Positions 1 to 13,651 of a DNA stretch of 64,000 nucleotides are shown here, in pieces. Origin of the DNA: Prorocentrum cordatum (Eukaryota); assembly GCA_963575745.1 (NCBI GenBank), contig CAUYUJ010000254.1:1-64000 (forward strand). Direction: 5' to 3'. The notes beneath the pieces were generated by a model. That model searched no databases and had not been told where the DNA came from. It saw only the letters and a list, made by a program, of their open reading frames with translations. Every line of letters begins with the position of its first letter. Position 1 is the stretch's first letter. Both the position numbers and the translations under genes were made by a program.

Positions 1-915
1 GCCACTGTGGCCTTAGGTGAAGCTCCTTACGGGGCTTGGGAGCGCTGTGCTGTGTGTGTGTGTGTGTGTGTGCGTGGGGGGGGGGCGCATGTGGACACCA
101 TCGCTGGGGCCTTAGGTGGGGGTCACTATGGGACCACGCAACGATGCGCTGGGCGGGGGGATGCATGTGGACACCGCCAGTGGGGCATGTGGTGGAGCTC
201 CCTCTGGGGCCACGCAACGCTATTCTGGGTGGGGGATGCGCATGTCGACACCGCAAGTGGGGCCTTGGCGGAGCTCCCTATGGTATGCTGGGGGGGGGGG
301 ATGGCGCACGTGAGCACCGCCTTTGGGGCCTTAGTGGAGCTCCCCATGGGGCCACGAAGCGCTGCGGTGGGTGGGGGGTGGGGTGGGGGGGTGGACGCAT
401 GAGGACCCTGCCGTTGGGGCCTTACGTGTACCTCCCTATAGGGCCACGAAACGGTGTGTTGGGTGGGGGGACGCACGTGAGCACCGCCACTGGGGCCTTA
501 GGTGGAGATCCTCATGGGGCCACGAAGCGCTGTGTTGGGTCGGGGGGGCGCATGTGGACACCGCCGCTGGGGCCTTATGTGGAGCTCCTTATGGGGCCAC
601 GAAGCGCTGTGGTGGGTGGGGGGAACGCATGTGAACGCCGCCATTGGGACTTTAGGTGGAGCTCCCTATGGGGCCACGAAGCGTTGTATTGGGTGGGGGA
701 GGCGCATGTGGACACCACCGTTGGGACCTTAGGTGGCGCTCCCTATGGGGCCACGAAGCGCTGGGTGGGGGGATAGAGCATGTGAACACCGCCTCTGGGG
801 CCTTACGTGGGGCTTCCTATGGGGCCACGAAGCGCTGTATTGTGTTTTTGGGGGGGCGCATGTGGACACCGCCACTGGGGCCTGATGTGGGTCCCCCTAT
901 GGGGCCACGAGGCGT
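1..915 (+). repeat. Minisatellite array, ~77-bp unit (family A, core GGAGCTCCCTATGGGGCCACGAA)
   Basis: ATGGGGCCACGAAGCG recurs at ~591, 668, 745 etc. with ~77-bp spacing. The array runs off the window start and is followed by a purine tract and a hairpin terminus (~990-1047). Confidence 0.9.
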
Positions 916-1294
916 TGTGCTGGGTAGGGGAGACAGAGGCATGGATGGGAGGAGGGAAGGGGGAGGAGAGAGAGGAAAACAAAAAGGGGGGACGCAGGGC
1001 GCTGTCTCTTCAAAAAGACGACCCAACACCACAGGATGTTTGGGAATAGTAGTAATTTTCGTATATATTGTTACAACATATGATTATTGTTGGTATAGTG
1101 CATTTTATTGATGCGTTCATTCTCTTTATTGATGTATTTATGCATCAGAATGAGGGGACCGAACGGTCATTCACTGTTACTGGGTGCGTGGCTGAATCGG
1201 GGATCCACGGCGAGGTATCTGCAACCCCCTGACGTGCGAAATATCCTCACACCCATCCCTTAAAGCTGCTAGAGATCTTCCCTCACCCCCTGGC

Positions 1295-1500
1295 CTACCG
1301 ACCCGCGACCCGGCCCGCGACCCACCTGCGACCCACCCCGCGACCCACCCGCGACCCACCCCGCGACCTACCTGCGACCCACCCACGACCCACCCCGCGA
1401 CCCGCTCGCGACCCACCCCCGGCCCACCCGCGACCTACCCGCGACCCACCCGCGACCCGTCCCGCGACCCACCCGCGACCCGCCGTTGACCCACCCGCTG
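1295..1500 (+). repeat. ~11-bp tandem repeat (CCCGCGACCCA)
   Basis: Directly visible degenerate tandem copies. Confidence 0.85.
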
Positions 1501-1547
1501 GGGCCAGGGCCGGGGCCAGGGACGGGGCCAGGGCCGAACCGCTCGGG

Positions 1548-1885
1548 GGGGAAGCGTACCTGACCCGCGGGATTTCCCTGGGACCCCCCCCCTTTCCTCG
1601 GCGGGAAGGGAAGGAAAGGGATCTCCCTCGACGTCTTTCTGGCATTTGGTGGAACCGTGGGATTCGCGGGCTTCCTGGGCCGGGGCCGGGGCTGGAACCA
1701 GGTCTGGAGCCGGAGCCGGGGTCGGGGGCCAGGACCAGAGCCGGAGCCCGGCCAGGGCCCGGGGAAGCGTATCTGACCTGGGTCTTCCCCGGGACCCCCA
1801 CCCCCTTCCCCGGCGGGAAGGGAAGGGACTTCCCTCGACGTCTTTCTGGAATTTTGGAACCGCGGGACTCGCGGGCTTCCTGGGA
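1548..1885 (+). repeat. Direct repeat pair (~130-bp copies, ~214 bp apart)
   Basis: GGGAAGCGTA.CTGACC...CCCTCGACGTCTTTCTGG...CGCGGGCTTCCTGGG at ~1548-1680 and ~1762-1885. Confidence 0.85.
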
Positions 1886-2392
1886 GTGGCGTCGTTTCTG
1901 ACCCGTCAGTCAGGACAGCCTCAGAGGGATCAGGATGCAGCTGCTACGCGTTTGGAGGGCAGTCCTATTCACACTGTGGCTCTTGCGTGATACGTTTTCC
2001 TCATTATGTATGACCAGAACTTTACACTTGTGCAGCCTTTACTTTGCTGCATCGTGGTTCTTCTTCAAAGTGCGCTCTCGCTGCAGTTTTTCCTGGATTT
2101 GATGACAGCACCCCATGGCACGCTCATAGTAAAAAGGATGGAGGGTGGCTCATTTTCAAAACGGTGCTCTTGTTTGAATAGCATGTGGCCTTCGTCTCCC
2201 GATGAGGGAGGTGGCGCCAGTAGCGAAGGAGAATCATGAGGATACGACTTGGGACGGGAGTGTGTGTTGCAGCATCGCTGATGCACCCAGGATTTTCGCT
2301 GGTCCTCGTCTTCTTCCTTCTTCTCCTCCTCGTGGAGCAGCGGAGTTGCTAGAGGAGGCCTTCCCTGGGCGCGTGGCCTACTCGAGCGCACC

Positions 2393-2393
2393 C

Positions 2394-2454
<61 letters not shown>

Positions 2455-2879
2455 AAAAACAGCGACGCCGCGGCCGATCCGTGACGGCAAGGCGTTTCAG
2501 AAAATGGCCCTCTTGACGGCCCAGGCCTCTATGATAGCAAGCGGCCACGGAGCTGCCGTAATGACTCACCCGCTAGCCCCCGCGCGCCTGCGACAGGTGC
2601 CGGGCCCGATCCCCGAGGGCACCGTCGGCAGGCTGGAAGATCACCCGCTCGAGTTCGGTGGGCGCCCCCTCTCCGCAGCCGTCGCCGTCGCCGCTTCCGC
2701 CGCCGTCGTCTTGTATTGTCGTGGTCATCATCCGCCGTCGTCGTCGTCGCCGCTGCCGCTGTCGCCGCTGCCGCTGTCGCCGCTGCCGCTTCCGTCGCCG
2801 CCGCCGCTTCCATCGTCACCGCTTCCGTCGCTTCCGCCGCTGGCTCTGGCTCACACTCCGGCTCCGCTTCGGGCGGCCG

Positions 2880-2910
<31 letters not shown>

Positions 2911-2917
2911 TGCCGTG

Positions 2918-2964
<47 letters not shown>

Positions 2965-3505
2965 TTGATGGGGAGTCTTTGACATAGTGGCGACGGGCCT
3001 CACACTGGCCCGTCTTGGGGCCCTGGCCCCTGACGGGCCGCAGCCCGACCCCCCCCGTCGGATTTCCCACGAAGTCGCGTCCTGTTGTTTTATTGTGAAG
3101 GCCTTACGGCCAGTGCCACCGACCCAGAACGACGACGACGATGACGACGACGTGCTGATGACCCTGCCACAGGCTCGGGACATGGGGCGTGCGGTGGAGG
3201 GAAGCGGGGGAGGAGGAGGAGGAGGAGGAGGCGGAGGAGGAGGCTGGAGGAGGAGGAGGAGGAGGAGGAGGAGGAGGAGGAGAGGAGGAGGAGGAGGAGG
3301 AGGAGGAGGAGGAGGAGGAGGAGGAGGAGGAGGAGGAGGAGGAGGAGGAGGAGGAGGAGGAGGAGGAGGAGGAGGAGAGGAGGTAGGAGGAGGAGGAGGA
3401 GGAGGAGGAGGAGGAGGAGGAGGAGGAGAGGAGGAGGAGGAGGAGGAGGAGGAGGAGGAGGAGGAGGAGGAGGAGGAGGAGAGAGGAGGAGGAGGAGGAG
3501 GAGCT

Positions 3506-3536
<31 letters not shown>

Positions 3537-4046
3537 GCAGCAGCTAGCAGCAGCAGCAGCAGCAGCAAGCGGGGGGGGGAGGAGGAGGAGGGGAGGAGGA
3601 GGGGAGGAGGAGGAGGGAGGAGGAGGAGGGAGGAGAGGAGGAGGAGGAGGAGGAGAGGAGGAGGAGGGAGGAGGAAGGAGGAGGAGGAGGAGGAGGAGGA
3701 GGAGGGAGGAGGAGGAGGAGAGGAGGAGGAGGAGGAGGAGGGGGAGGACGAGGTTAGGGAGGAGGGGCGGGAGGGGGGAGGGGGGAGGGGGAGGGGGGGA
3801 AGTGGGGGAGGGGGGGAGGAGGAGGAGGAGGAGGGGAGGAGGAGGAGAGGAGGAGGAGGAGGAGGAGGGGAGGAGGAGGAGGAGGAGGGGAGGAGGAGGA
3901 GGAGGAGGAGGAGGAGGAGAAGAGCAGAGGAGCAGGAGAGCAGGAGGAGCAGGCAGGAGCAGGAAAGAGGAGGAGGAGGAGGAGGAGGAGGAGGAGGAGG
4001 AGGAGGAGGAGGAGGAGGAGGAGGAGGAGCCGGATCAGGAGCAGGG

Positions 4047-4090
<44 letters not shown>

Positions 4091-4212
4091 AGGAAGAGGA
4101 GGAGGAGGAGGAGGAGGAGGAGGAGGAGGAGCAGAAGGAGGAGGAGGAGGAAGAGGAGGAGGAGGAGGAGGAGGAGGAGGCGGGCCATGGGGGACGATGA
4201 TGATGATGGTGG

Positions 4213-4266
<54 letters not shown>

Positions 4267-4267
4267 C

Positions 4268-4304
<37 letters not shown>

Positions 4305-4470
4305 CTGATGCTGATGATGATGATGATGATGGTTCTGATTATGATTATGATGATTCTGATGATGCTGATGGTGATGGTGGTGGTGGTGATGATGATTATG
4401 ATGATGATGGTGCTGATGCTGATGATGCTGATGACGATGATTATGGTGATGATGCTGATGATGATGATAG

Positions 4471-4511
<41 letters not shown>

Positions 4512-4543
4512 GTGATGTTGATGATGATGCTGATGATGATGGC

Positions 4544-4589
<46 letters not shown>

Positions 4590-4907
4590 CTGATGTTGAT
4601 GATGATGATGCTGATGCTGAGCTGCTGCTGCTAATGATGCTGATGCTGATGATGATGACGACGATGATGATGACGATGATGATGGTGTGATGTGGTGCTG
4701 ATGGATGATGATTTGATGATGATGAGGATGAGGATGCTGATGCTGATGCTGATGTGATGTTGATGATGATGATGCTGATGCTGATGATGATGATGCTGCT
4801 GCTGATGATGGATGCTGATGCTGCTGCTGTGATGATGATGATGTGTTGTTGATGTTGATGATGATGAAGATGTGATGATGATGATGATGATGATGATTGA
4901 TGATGAG

Positions 4908-4984
<77 letters not shown>

Positions 4985-4985
4985 C

Positions 4986-5040
<55 letters not shown>

Positions 5041-5103
5041 GATGATGATGACGATGATGATCATGATCATGAGGAGGAGGAGGAGGGCGAGGAGGAGGAG
5101 GAG

Positions 5104-5134
<31 letters not shown>

Positions 5135-5225
5135 CGGAGGGGGATGTGGAGGAGGAGGAGGAGGGAGGATGTGGAGGAGGAGGAGAAGGCGGACAAGGAG
5201 GAGGAGGAGGAGGAGGAGGAGGAGG
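2393..5225. repeat. Compound trinucleotide microsatellite block: (GCA)n, (GCC/GTC)n, (GAG)n ~3200-4180, (GAT)n ~4195-5070
   Basis: Directly visible. It produces the homopolymeric ORFs in all frames. Confidence 0.95.
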
Positions 5226-5689
5226 CGGGGGTTCCCACGACGTCGCGTTCTTTTGTTTTATTCCTGACTTGTGGCGCCGGAGTGCGCGCGCGCCTCGTGC
5301 AGTGTCTGCTGCTTTCGGGCAGCCCAGCGGGCGCGAACCAGAGCAGCGCTCCATAGCGCTGGCGTTGCCGTGGCATTCTGCGCGTTCTGTGCACTCGTGG
5401 GTTTTCGCGGACGTCCGAGCCATTCGTGTCGTGTCGGACCTGCTCGTGCGAGGACGGACAAATAGACACAAACACACTTGCGCGTCGATTTCCAGGAACA
5501 TGTTGGCACATATGTGCAACGTAGGGAAAAAAGAACATGCAGAACATGTCATTGGAAAATCTGGGGAGTCTTGCAAGGTGTGCCTATTGCGAAGGCCTTG
5601 CGGCCGGTGCCGCCGATCCTGAAGGGGATGACGGCGGCGCGGCGGCGACGACGACGACGACGACGCAGACGTGGGTTAGAGTCCTCAGA

Positions 5690-6125
5690 GATGCTTCTTG
5701 GGGTCTCTTCGGAGGACTCTCGGGGGCCTCTGGGGCACTTTTGGAGCCTCTTGGGAGGTATTCGAGAGCCTCTCGGGAGCCTCTTGGGGGCCTCTTGAGG
5801 CTTCGTGGTGGTTATCTTGGGAGCATCTTAGGAGCATCTTGGGGCGATCTTGGGGGCCTCCTCTTGGGCTGTCTTGGAGTGTCGGGAAGCCGAAGCGGCG
5901 AGAGCGCCCAAGTCTGTCAACAACCAAAGGAACATCAATTAAGTTTGCCTCGTGGGGACCTCTTGGGAGTGCTCTTGGAGGCCTCTTGGGGCGTCTTGAA
6001 GGCCTCTTGGGCTGTTTGGAGGCTATCTTAAGCGTCTTGGAACGATCTTCGGTGATTCGGGGCCCTCTTGAAACGTGCTGGCGGCCTCTTGGGGCACTCT
6101 TGGCCCGTCTTGGCGCTTTTTGGAG
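5690..6125 (+). repeat. Degenerate 10-11-bp GGGCCTCTTG tandem-repeat element (dispersed family)
   Basis: Similar blocks at ~13400-13620, 23880-24420, 28860-29800 (reverse) and 40070-40420. Confidence 0.75.
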
Positions 6126-6999
6126 CTCCAGGACCCCAGGGGATGGTACTCTGACCAGAGACCCCCCCCTGCCCTCCCAGGGACCCCCCTGGGGACCACC
6201 CCCCGGGGGACCCGCCCCGGACCCCCGCCAGGACCCCTCGTCCCCCCAGCAGAAGGTTTTTCTTTCCCCTTTCCCCCTGGCAGACGGTTTTTCTTTCGAC
6301 TCAACTGCGACGTTCTTCAATTTCATTGTGCCTGAATTCCATCTGGACTGGCAGCAAGGAGGAGGAGGAGGAGGAGGAGGAGGAGGAGGAGGAGGAGGAG
6401 GAGGAGGAGGAGGAGGAGGAGCTGCAGCAGCAGCAGCAGCAGCAGCAGCAGCGGCGGAGGAGGAGGAGGAGGAGGAGGAGGAGGAGGAGGAGGAGGAGGA
6501 GGAGGAGGAGGAGGAGGAGGAACAGCGTGGATTTCTTGGATCCTCGCTGGGCACCACCCCTGGCGGCGCCTGCGGCGCCGCCCCTGGCGCGCTTCGCGCG
6601 CCAGGGAGGGGAGTCCAGTGCAGATCCGAGAAACCCGCGCGGAGCGCCAAAGATTTATGTTCATGCCGCCCTTCCTTCTTCTGTCCTCCCCTGTCTCTTC
6701 TTTTCTTCCCCCTTCCCCCCTCCTCTTCGGCGCTGCACGGCCATCTTTGCGACGCCAAGCGTACGTTCTATGCGTGTTACCGAGAGCTTCCCTAGTGGTG
6801 CGAACATTGACATAAACCTAAAAACTCGGAGGTGCGTGCGGATTTCTCAGATCGGCGGTGGACCGCCCTGACGGCGCCTCCGGCGCCGCCCCAGCGCGCC
6901 CAGGAGGGGGGTCCAGCGCGGATCCAAGAACTCCGCGCGGACCCCCGAGCTTTTCTATTTATGCCATGTTTCGTTCCCCTATCCACGAGTCAGTCCTCA

Positions 7000-7245
7000 T
7001 AGGTCATGGCGCCAACATCGCAGAGCGGATGTCGTTCGGAGAACAAAGGGATGGGCCCATATTGTCCTGGAGAATTTCGTTCCGGATTTCGAAGTGAATT
7101 TCGTGCGGTCTTACATTGGCCAGGAATGAAGACTACAAACAAGCCGCGTGAAACTCACTTCGCTTTCCGCTCGCCGTTTCGGGATTTGGCGTTGACAGAC
7201 GTCCACGCGAACCTCCGCTGCAGCCCGTCTGCAAGGTCGGTGTAA
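7000..7245 (+). repeat. Dispersed ~240-bp interspersed repeat (copy 1 of 3)
   Basis: CAACATCGCA..GCGGAT...GATGGG...GTCCTGGAGAAT...GGCCAGGAATGAAGACTACAA...TCTGCAAGGTCG is also present at ~11235-11452 and ~55070-55303. Confidence 0.85.
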
Positions 7246-7879
7246 TGGCACAGGGGGTGACTCCCGGCCCCACCTCACCGCCCAGGCTCCCGGGCGACCG
7301 CTTGTCCCCCGGGGGGTGCGGGTTCTTCGCGCCCCGGCGCTCGGGGCCGGGGCTCTCCGCGCGAGCGCCCGCCGTCGGTCCCTCCGCCCCGACCAGGGAG
7401 GTGGGCCTTCGGTGGGCAGGGGCAACGATAAGGGGGGGGATAGGCACAGGGGGGGGAAGCATCGACCCCCCAATCGCCCACTGATCGCCGGTAGGGGTCT
7501 GATAGCCCCAACCCGCCCAGGAAGGTGCGGACTCACTCTCGGAGGCCTATCGCCGATCTATCGGCGATGTATCGCCGACTCCAGGTCGATGCATCCCCCC
7601 CTGTGCCAGGTCGATGCATCGCCCCGACCTGGCCGACCGGGCCGACTCGAGAGCAGCACCGAGGGAGGGTAGCAGCAGGCAGGGAGTAGCTCGCGCCCTC
7701 TGTTCTCCGCAGAATTTTGGATCAGGTTTCAAGCCTGACAGGGGCGACGGTTCCACCTGAACCCTGAACCAGGCTTAGCGCTTGAGAAATCGTTTATCTC
7801 AGAGAGGTCGCCCCTACTGGCGAGGAGGGCCTTGTGTCGGTAGCAAATCATGGGAGCCCTGTAATTCCGTCTTCAGAGT

Positions 7880-8262
7880 GCAGCAGCGTCGATTGGCGCC
7901 TGGTTATCGATGAGATAGCGACGATGTGGCGTCGATTTAGCGTCGATTCAGCGTCGATTCAGCGTCGATTTAGCGTCGAGTAGCGTCGATTCGCGTCGAT
8001 TCGCAAGGGCCTCCCTCCTCCCTCCTCCCCGTCTCTTCGTGTCCTCCCTCTTCTCCCTTCCCTGTCCCCTCGTCCCACAAGTCCCGCAGGTCCAAAGTGC
8101 CCACTTGCCCCGCAGGTCCCACAGGTCCCGCAGGTCTCACAGGTCCCACAGGTCCCACAGGTCCCACAGGTCCTACAGGCCACACAAGTCCCGCAGGCTC
8201 CGCAGGTCCCACAGATCGTACGGGTCCCACAGTTCCCACATGCTCCACAGGTCCCACAGGTC
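7880..8262 (+). repeat. 11-bp (AGCGTCGATTY) and 9-bp (CAGGTCCCA) tandem repeats
   Basis: Directly visible at ~7880-8003 and ~8075-8262. Confidence 0.85.
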
Positions 8263-9394
8263 ACCTTTGCTGCTATCAGTTTGATTTACTGGGGTAATGG
8301 AGTTCCAGGTCGGTTATGACACGCGTCCGCGGATATAGAAAATTCAGCGCAATGGGAAGGGATGGGAGGGAGGGATAGGACGTCAGATGTGGTGCGAGCG
8401 CACCTAGCTTGCCCCTTTCCCTCTCCTCCCTCTTTCCCTCCCCTCCCCTTTCACCCCCCCTCCCAGGTTCGAGGTCTAAACTTCGGCTTTCGTCACATAT
8501 TCGATGATGGTTTGGTCATCATCGGCATCACCATCATCATCCTTCCTTTATCTTCATGCTGAGCCTTATCTACGTATGTGTGGTTCCACAGGCTCGCGAG
8601 TCTCTGTTTTGCCCATCCTTTCTCTTCTGCCGTAAACGTGTCCCCTTCTCTTGAGGTTCCGCCGTTTCTTTCGTTGACCCACTCGGACGTCACGTTTTTG
8701 TCGCGCCCCCTTGAGGTCTCAACCCTTTCCCCTTGGCCGATTTCTCCTCCTGGCTCGTTTACAGGCCGTGGTGCGTTCCTCCTCCTCCTCTTTGTTGTGC
8801 TTGTCCTCCGGAGGCTGCAGATTTTGTGGCCGTGCGTGAGATGGGTCGCCGCGAGATCCAGCGCGCGGCCGAAGCCCCCGAGGAGGATCCCAGCTCGGAC
8901 GAGGGATCCCTTTTTGGGGGGCTAGTTTTGTCGCACCGCCTTCAGGGCCAGCCCATACCCATACCACACCTCCCTCGTCGCCCCTCCCTCGTCGCCCCCC
9001 GGCGGCGGCGCGCGCCAAAGGCCTCCGCGTCCTCGGCTGCAGCTTCGACGGCGGCCGCTTTGTCGTGCCCCAGCGGCCTCCGGCGGAGGCCCTCTCCCGG
9101 GGCGCGGCCGCCGCCGCCGCCGCCGCTTCCGTCGCCGCCGCCGCGGACGTCGTGTCGTCGAACGTTATTTTCGAGAGAATCGAAGAACAGATGTTTGCCA
9201 GAGTGGACCCCAAGCAGTGTGTGTTCGAGCAATCCAAGTTGTGCAATCTAGGCGGAGCCATCTAGGTGGTGCAATCTATGTGGTGGAATTCACCCTGCCA
9301 AACGTGAAGTTGTCAACTCCACTGTTCGCGCAATCATCCCACCCACCCACCCGCAAGTTGGTTTGAAAAGCCCATGCGGCCGCGATTGCCGGCC

Positions 9395-9785
9395 AGCAAT
9401 GCCAAGCATCGCCAAGCAATGCCAAGCAATACAATGACAAGCAATGCCAAACAATGCAAAGAAACGGCAAGCACTGCCAAGCAACGCCAAGCCATGCTAA
9501 GCAACGCCAATACATGCCAAGCAACGCCAATAAATGCCAAGCAGCGCCAAACAGTGCCAAGCACTGCCAAGCAATGTCCAGCAATGCCAAGCAATGCGAA
9601 GCAACGCCAAGCAATGCCAACCACTGCCAAGCAATGCCAAGCACTGCCAAGCACGGCCAAGCCATGCCACACAATGCCAAGCACGGCCAAGCACCGCCAA
9701 GCAACGCCTAGCAGTGCAACGCAATCCAAATCAATGCAATTCCCAAACAAGTAATGCACTGGCAAACAATGCCAAGCAATGCCGC
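9395..9785 (+). repeat. 10-bp tandem repeat (GCAATGCCAA)
   Basis: About 35 degenerate copies visible. Confidence 0.9.
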
Positions 9786-10165
9786 GTAGGAAGAGTTCCT
9801 GCAATCGGGGTCGCGCGGGCTTCATTTTCAAAATGGGGCCCCCGCCTACGTAAGCGCTGCTCACATGCGTCTGGAAAACTTGCAGGACTTCCAAGGACGG
9901 AGGGCGGTGTGTTTTCAAGTGGAGATCTCGCTTTGACGCCGCACACCGTCGTCTTAACAGTCTGCAGCTGTTACAGTGACGTAGAGCACATCAGTTCCCA
10001 AACCCGTGGATCTCTCTTTGGTCTTCTTCGACCGGGAGCCTCAGCACACGTGTGTGACAGCTGCACGGACGCAGGGTGGCTCCTTTTCGGCATTGCGATT
10101 TCAATCAAGACGTTCTCGAAGCTCATGGTCTGATGTGTAGAAATTGTATCAATCACGCGGTTTTT

Positions 10166-11075
<910 letters not shown>

Positions 11076-13651
11076 GTCGTCGTTGCACCCTCCCCCGCTA
11101 TCCGGGGCAGGAGCAGGCCTGCGGCGAGCATGGCGCACCCGCCGGCGAGGCCGCCGCCGCGGGCCAGCAGGACTCCTGGGCTCCGATAGTCGCGGGAGGT
11201 CGTCGCCGTCGCTGCCGCCGCCACCGACATCACATGGCGTCAACATCGCACGAGCGGATTTCGTTCGGGAAACAATGGGATGGGCCCGGATTGTCCTGGA
11301 GAATTTCGTTCCAGATTTCCAAGTGAATTTCGCGCGGGTTTTTTCTGGGCCAGGAGTGAAGACTACAAACAATCCACAGAAATTCACTTCGTTTTTCGCT
11401 CGCCGTCTCAGGGTTTTGCATGGGCAGAAATCCACGCGTCTGCAAGGTCGATGCAATGATAGATGTTTTTTTCAGTCTGGGCGTCTTCCCTCGGGTCCGG
11501 TCTCGGTGGGCTGTCGTTGGGTCCCTGGGCCAGCGGAAACGGATCCGGGAGGAAAACCTTGCCCCGTGGAAGGGGTCGGGACCTCTGGTGCCGCGGAGTT
11601 TAAAAACATCAGATCATCGGATGTCTGGGGAGGTCGGCGTCGTCGTCGTCGTCGTCGTCGTCGTCGAGGAGAGGAGGAGAAGGCAGAAGAGGAAACTACA
11701 CCAATTACGCTACGCTGCCCTCGTCGCCACGGTCAGATTCGCCTTGGGATCCTAGTCAGCGCGCAGCCCTGGAGGTCTGGGGAGTAGCGCTATCGGTACT
11801 TCGTTGTCCCCCCAAGGATGAGGTGGGCTATCATGGCGGAGGAAAGGCGGAGGTGGAGGTGGGGGTGCGCAGACGCTGGCGACGACGGCGACGACTTTGA
11901 CGGCGGCAGCGCTTTTTCTCTGTCGGGCGGCAAGCCAAGCGACCCAATCCATGGGACCCAGTTGGGTCCCACTGGCTGTGTGAGAGCCTCGTAAGTAACT
12001 TTCTCTCCTGTCAGGATTCGATCTTCTGTGCGTGAAAATTCTTCCTTCGGACTTGTTCATATAAACATGTCGTATCCGGGACCCCAATTGCTCTTGGATC
12101 CAAGAAGCTGTGGATTTGCAGGCCAATTCTGTGACTTACAGAGGGAAGAGTTCATCGCACTGATGATATTGGAATGACTTTTGGACTGCCGATGTAATGG
12201 GTTAGTGGCAGGGACTACTTGGGGACTACCCCCAAGAACAGAACTTTTGGGTAAACCAGGGTGGCGACTAATTCGTGGCAGCGGTCAGCGCAGGCTATCC
12301 CTCACAGGCAGAGTCTGATAAAATGGAGTGCGGGACACCGTTTGGGGATAGGCGGGGCCAAGCGGTCGCTCGCGGCTTGTCTGGAGTAGTCGTAGCCGAC
12401 CGAGCTCTTCGCTATCCACGGGCAAGAGGCTGGCTGGGGTTATTCGGGCTACTTCTTCGGAGCCAGCTGGGGCTCGCCGCGACTAGCCGTGCTTTAGGCG
12501 TTCCAGGGCAAACGTCAACCGGGGCCAGTCAGCGCTTGCGGTGGTCGGGGCCAGTCGCGGCCACCCGAATCCCTGGCGATGCAGGCCATGCGGCCGCTCG
12601 GGGCTAGTCGAGGCTAGTCGCGGTCAAATAGATTTCGGGCGATAAGCGATGTGCTGTCGCTCGTGGGTGGTTGGGGCTAGTCGTGTCCAGCCGAATTCCC
12701 GGCGATTCAGGGCCAGCGGCCAGCAGGGGATAGAGTCGTGGCCAGTCGATTTCTTAGCGATTTTGGACAATCGCCTGCTCTGGGCCAGTCGGGTCCTCAG
12801 GTCTAGTCGCTGCCAGGCGCTTTCTCAGCGGTCCAGTTCAGGGCGCCGCTTTGGGCTAGCTGGGGTTTGCCAGTGTCAGCTGCATGCTTGGCAATCCAGA
12901 ACAATGCTTCTGAATAGAAGTCAGACCCCTTCACAGGCACTCCCCAGTGCGAGCCCTCTTAGGGGACTGCGCAAGAGCCTCTCGGTGCAGGCACGGCCTG
13001 GGAGTAACAATGATTCGTCTAAGTCTGGCGATCTCTTTTGGAACAAGTCTGCAGACTTTCAAGGTGCCCGCGGCAGGTTCCGCCGCCGTGCCAGGGCAGG
13101 TTTCTCGCCCAGATAGCCCCAACATGCGACAGTTCTCGTCTCCACGCTCCAAGGGGCCCTAAGATGTGATGGCTGCCGTCCTCGGGCACCCGAGAGCCAC
13201 AACCTGTGACACCTTTCCTTCCCCGGGTCCCAGACGGGCCGTCACATATGATGGCTCGCTTCCCCAGCGGAGCGACTGCAGTAACCCGTGACAATTGACT
13301 TCCTCGCGGCCCAGAGGGCCGTAGCGTGTGACATCGGGGCTTTGGGTTGGGCCCCTCCGTGAGCCTGCAGGAGGGCTCATTGGGAGATCCAGGAGGGCCA
13401 TTTTGGGGCCTCTTGGGAGCCTGCTTGGGTCTTCGGGTCATCCTGGAGATTCTTGTAGTCATGTGGAGGGGTCTTGGGACAGCTTCGGCGGGTCATGCAG
13501 CAAGCCGCTTTGGGCCCTCTTGGAGCCGTCTCGGGGCGGTCTTGGTCTGTCTCTCGGGGCTGCCCTGGGGGGATCCTTGCGCCGTGCTCAGGCCATCTTG
13601 GGGCCGGTTGGCGCCTCTTGCGTGCCGCTTTGCGACTCTTGCGTGTCGCTA

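Noticed and set aside
2393..5225. Long poly-E/D/G/M/L ORFs (also 10462-11787 and 46899-48301)
   Set aside because: Translations of trinucleotide microsatellites that are open in several frames, with no domain signal.
7959..8297. Collagen-like (GPT)n or Cys-rich (CGT)n ORFs
   Set aside because: Product of a 9-bp tandem repeat with no supporting gene context.
9276..9918. Hydrophobic 'membrane protein' ORFs
   Set aside because: Translation of the 10-bp GCAATGCCAA repeat.
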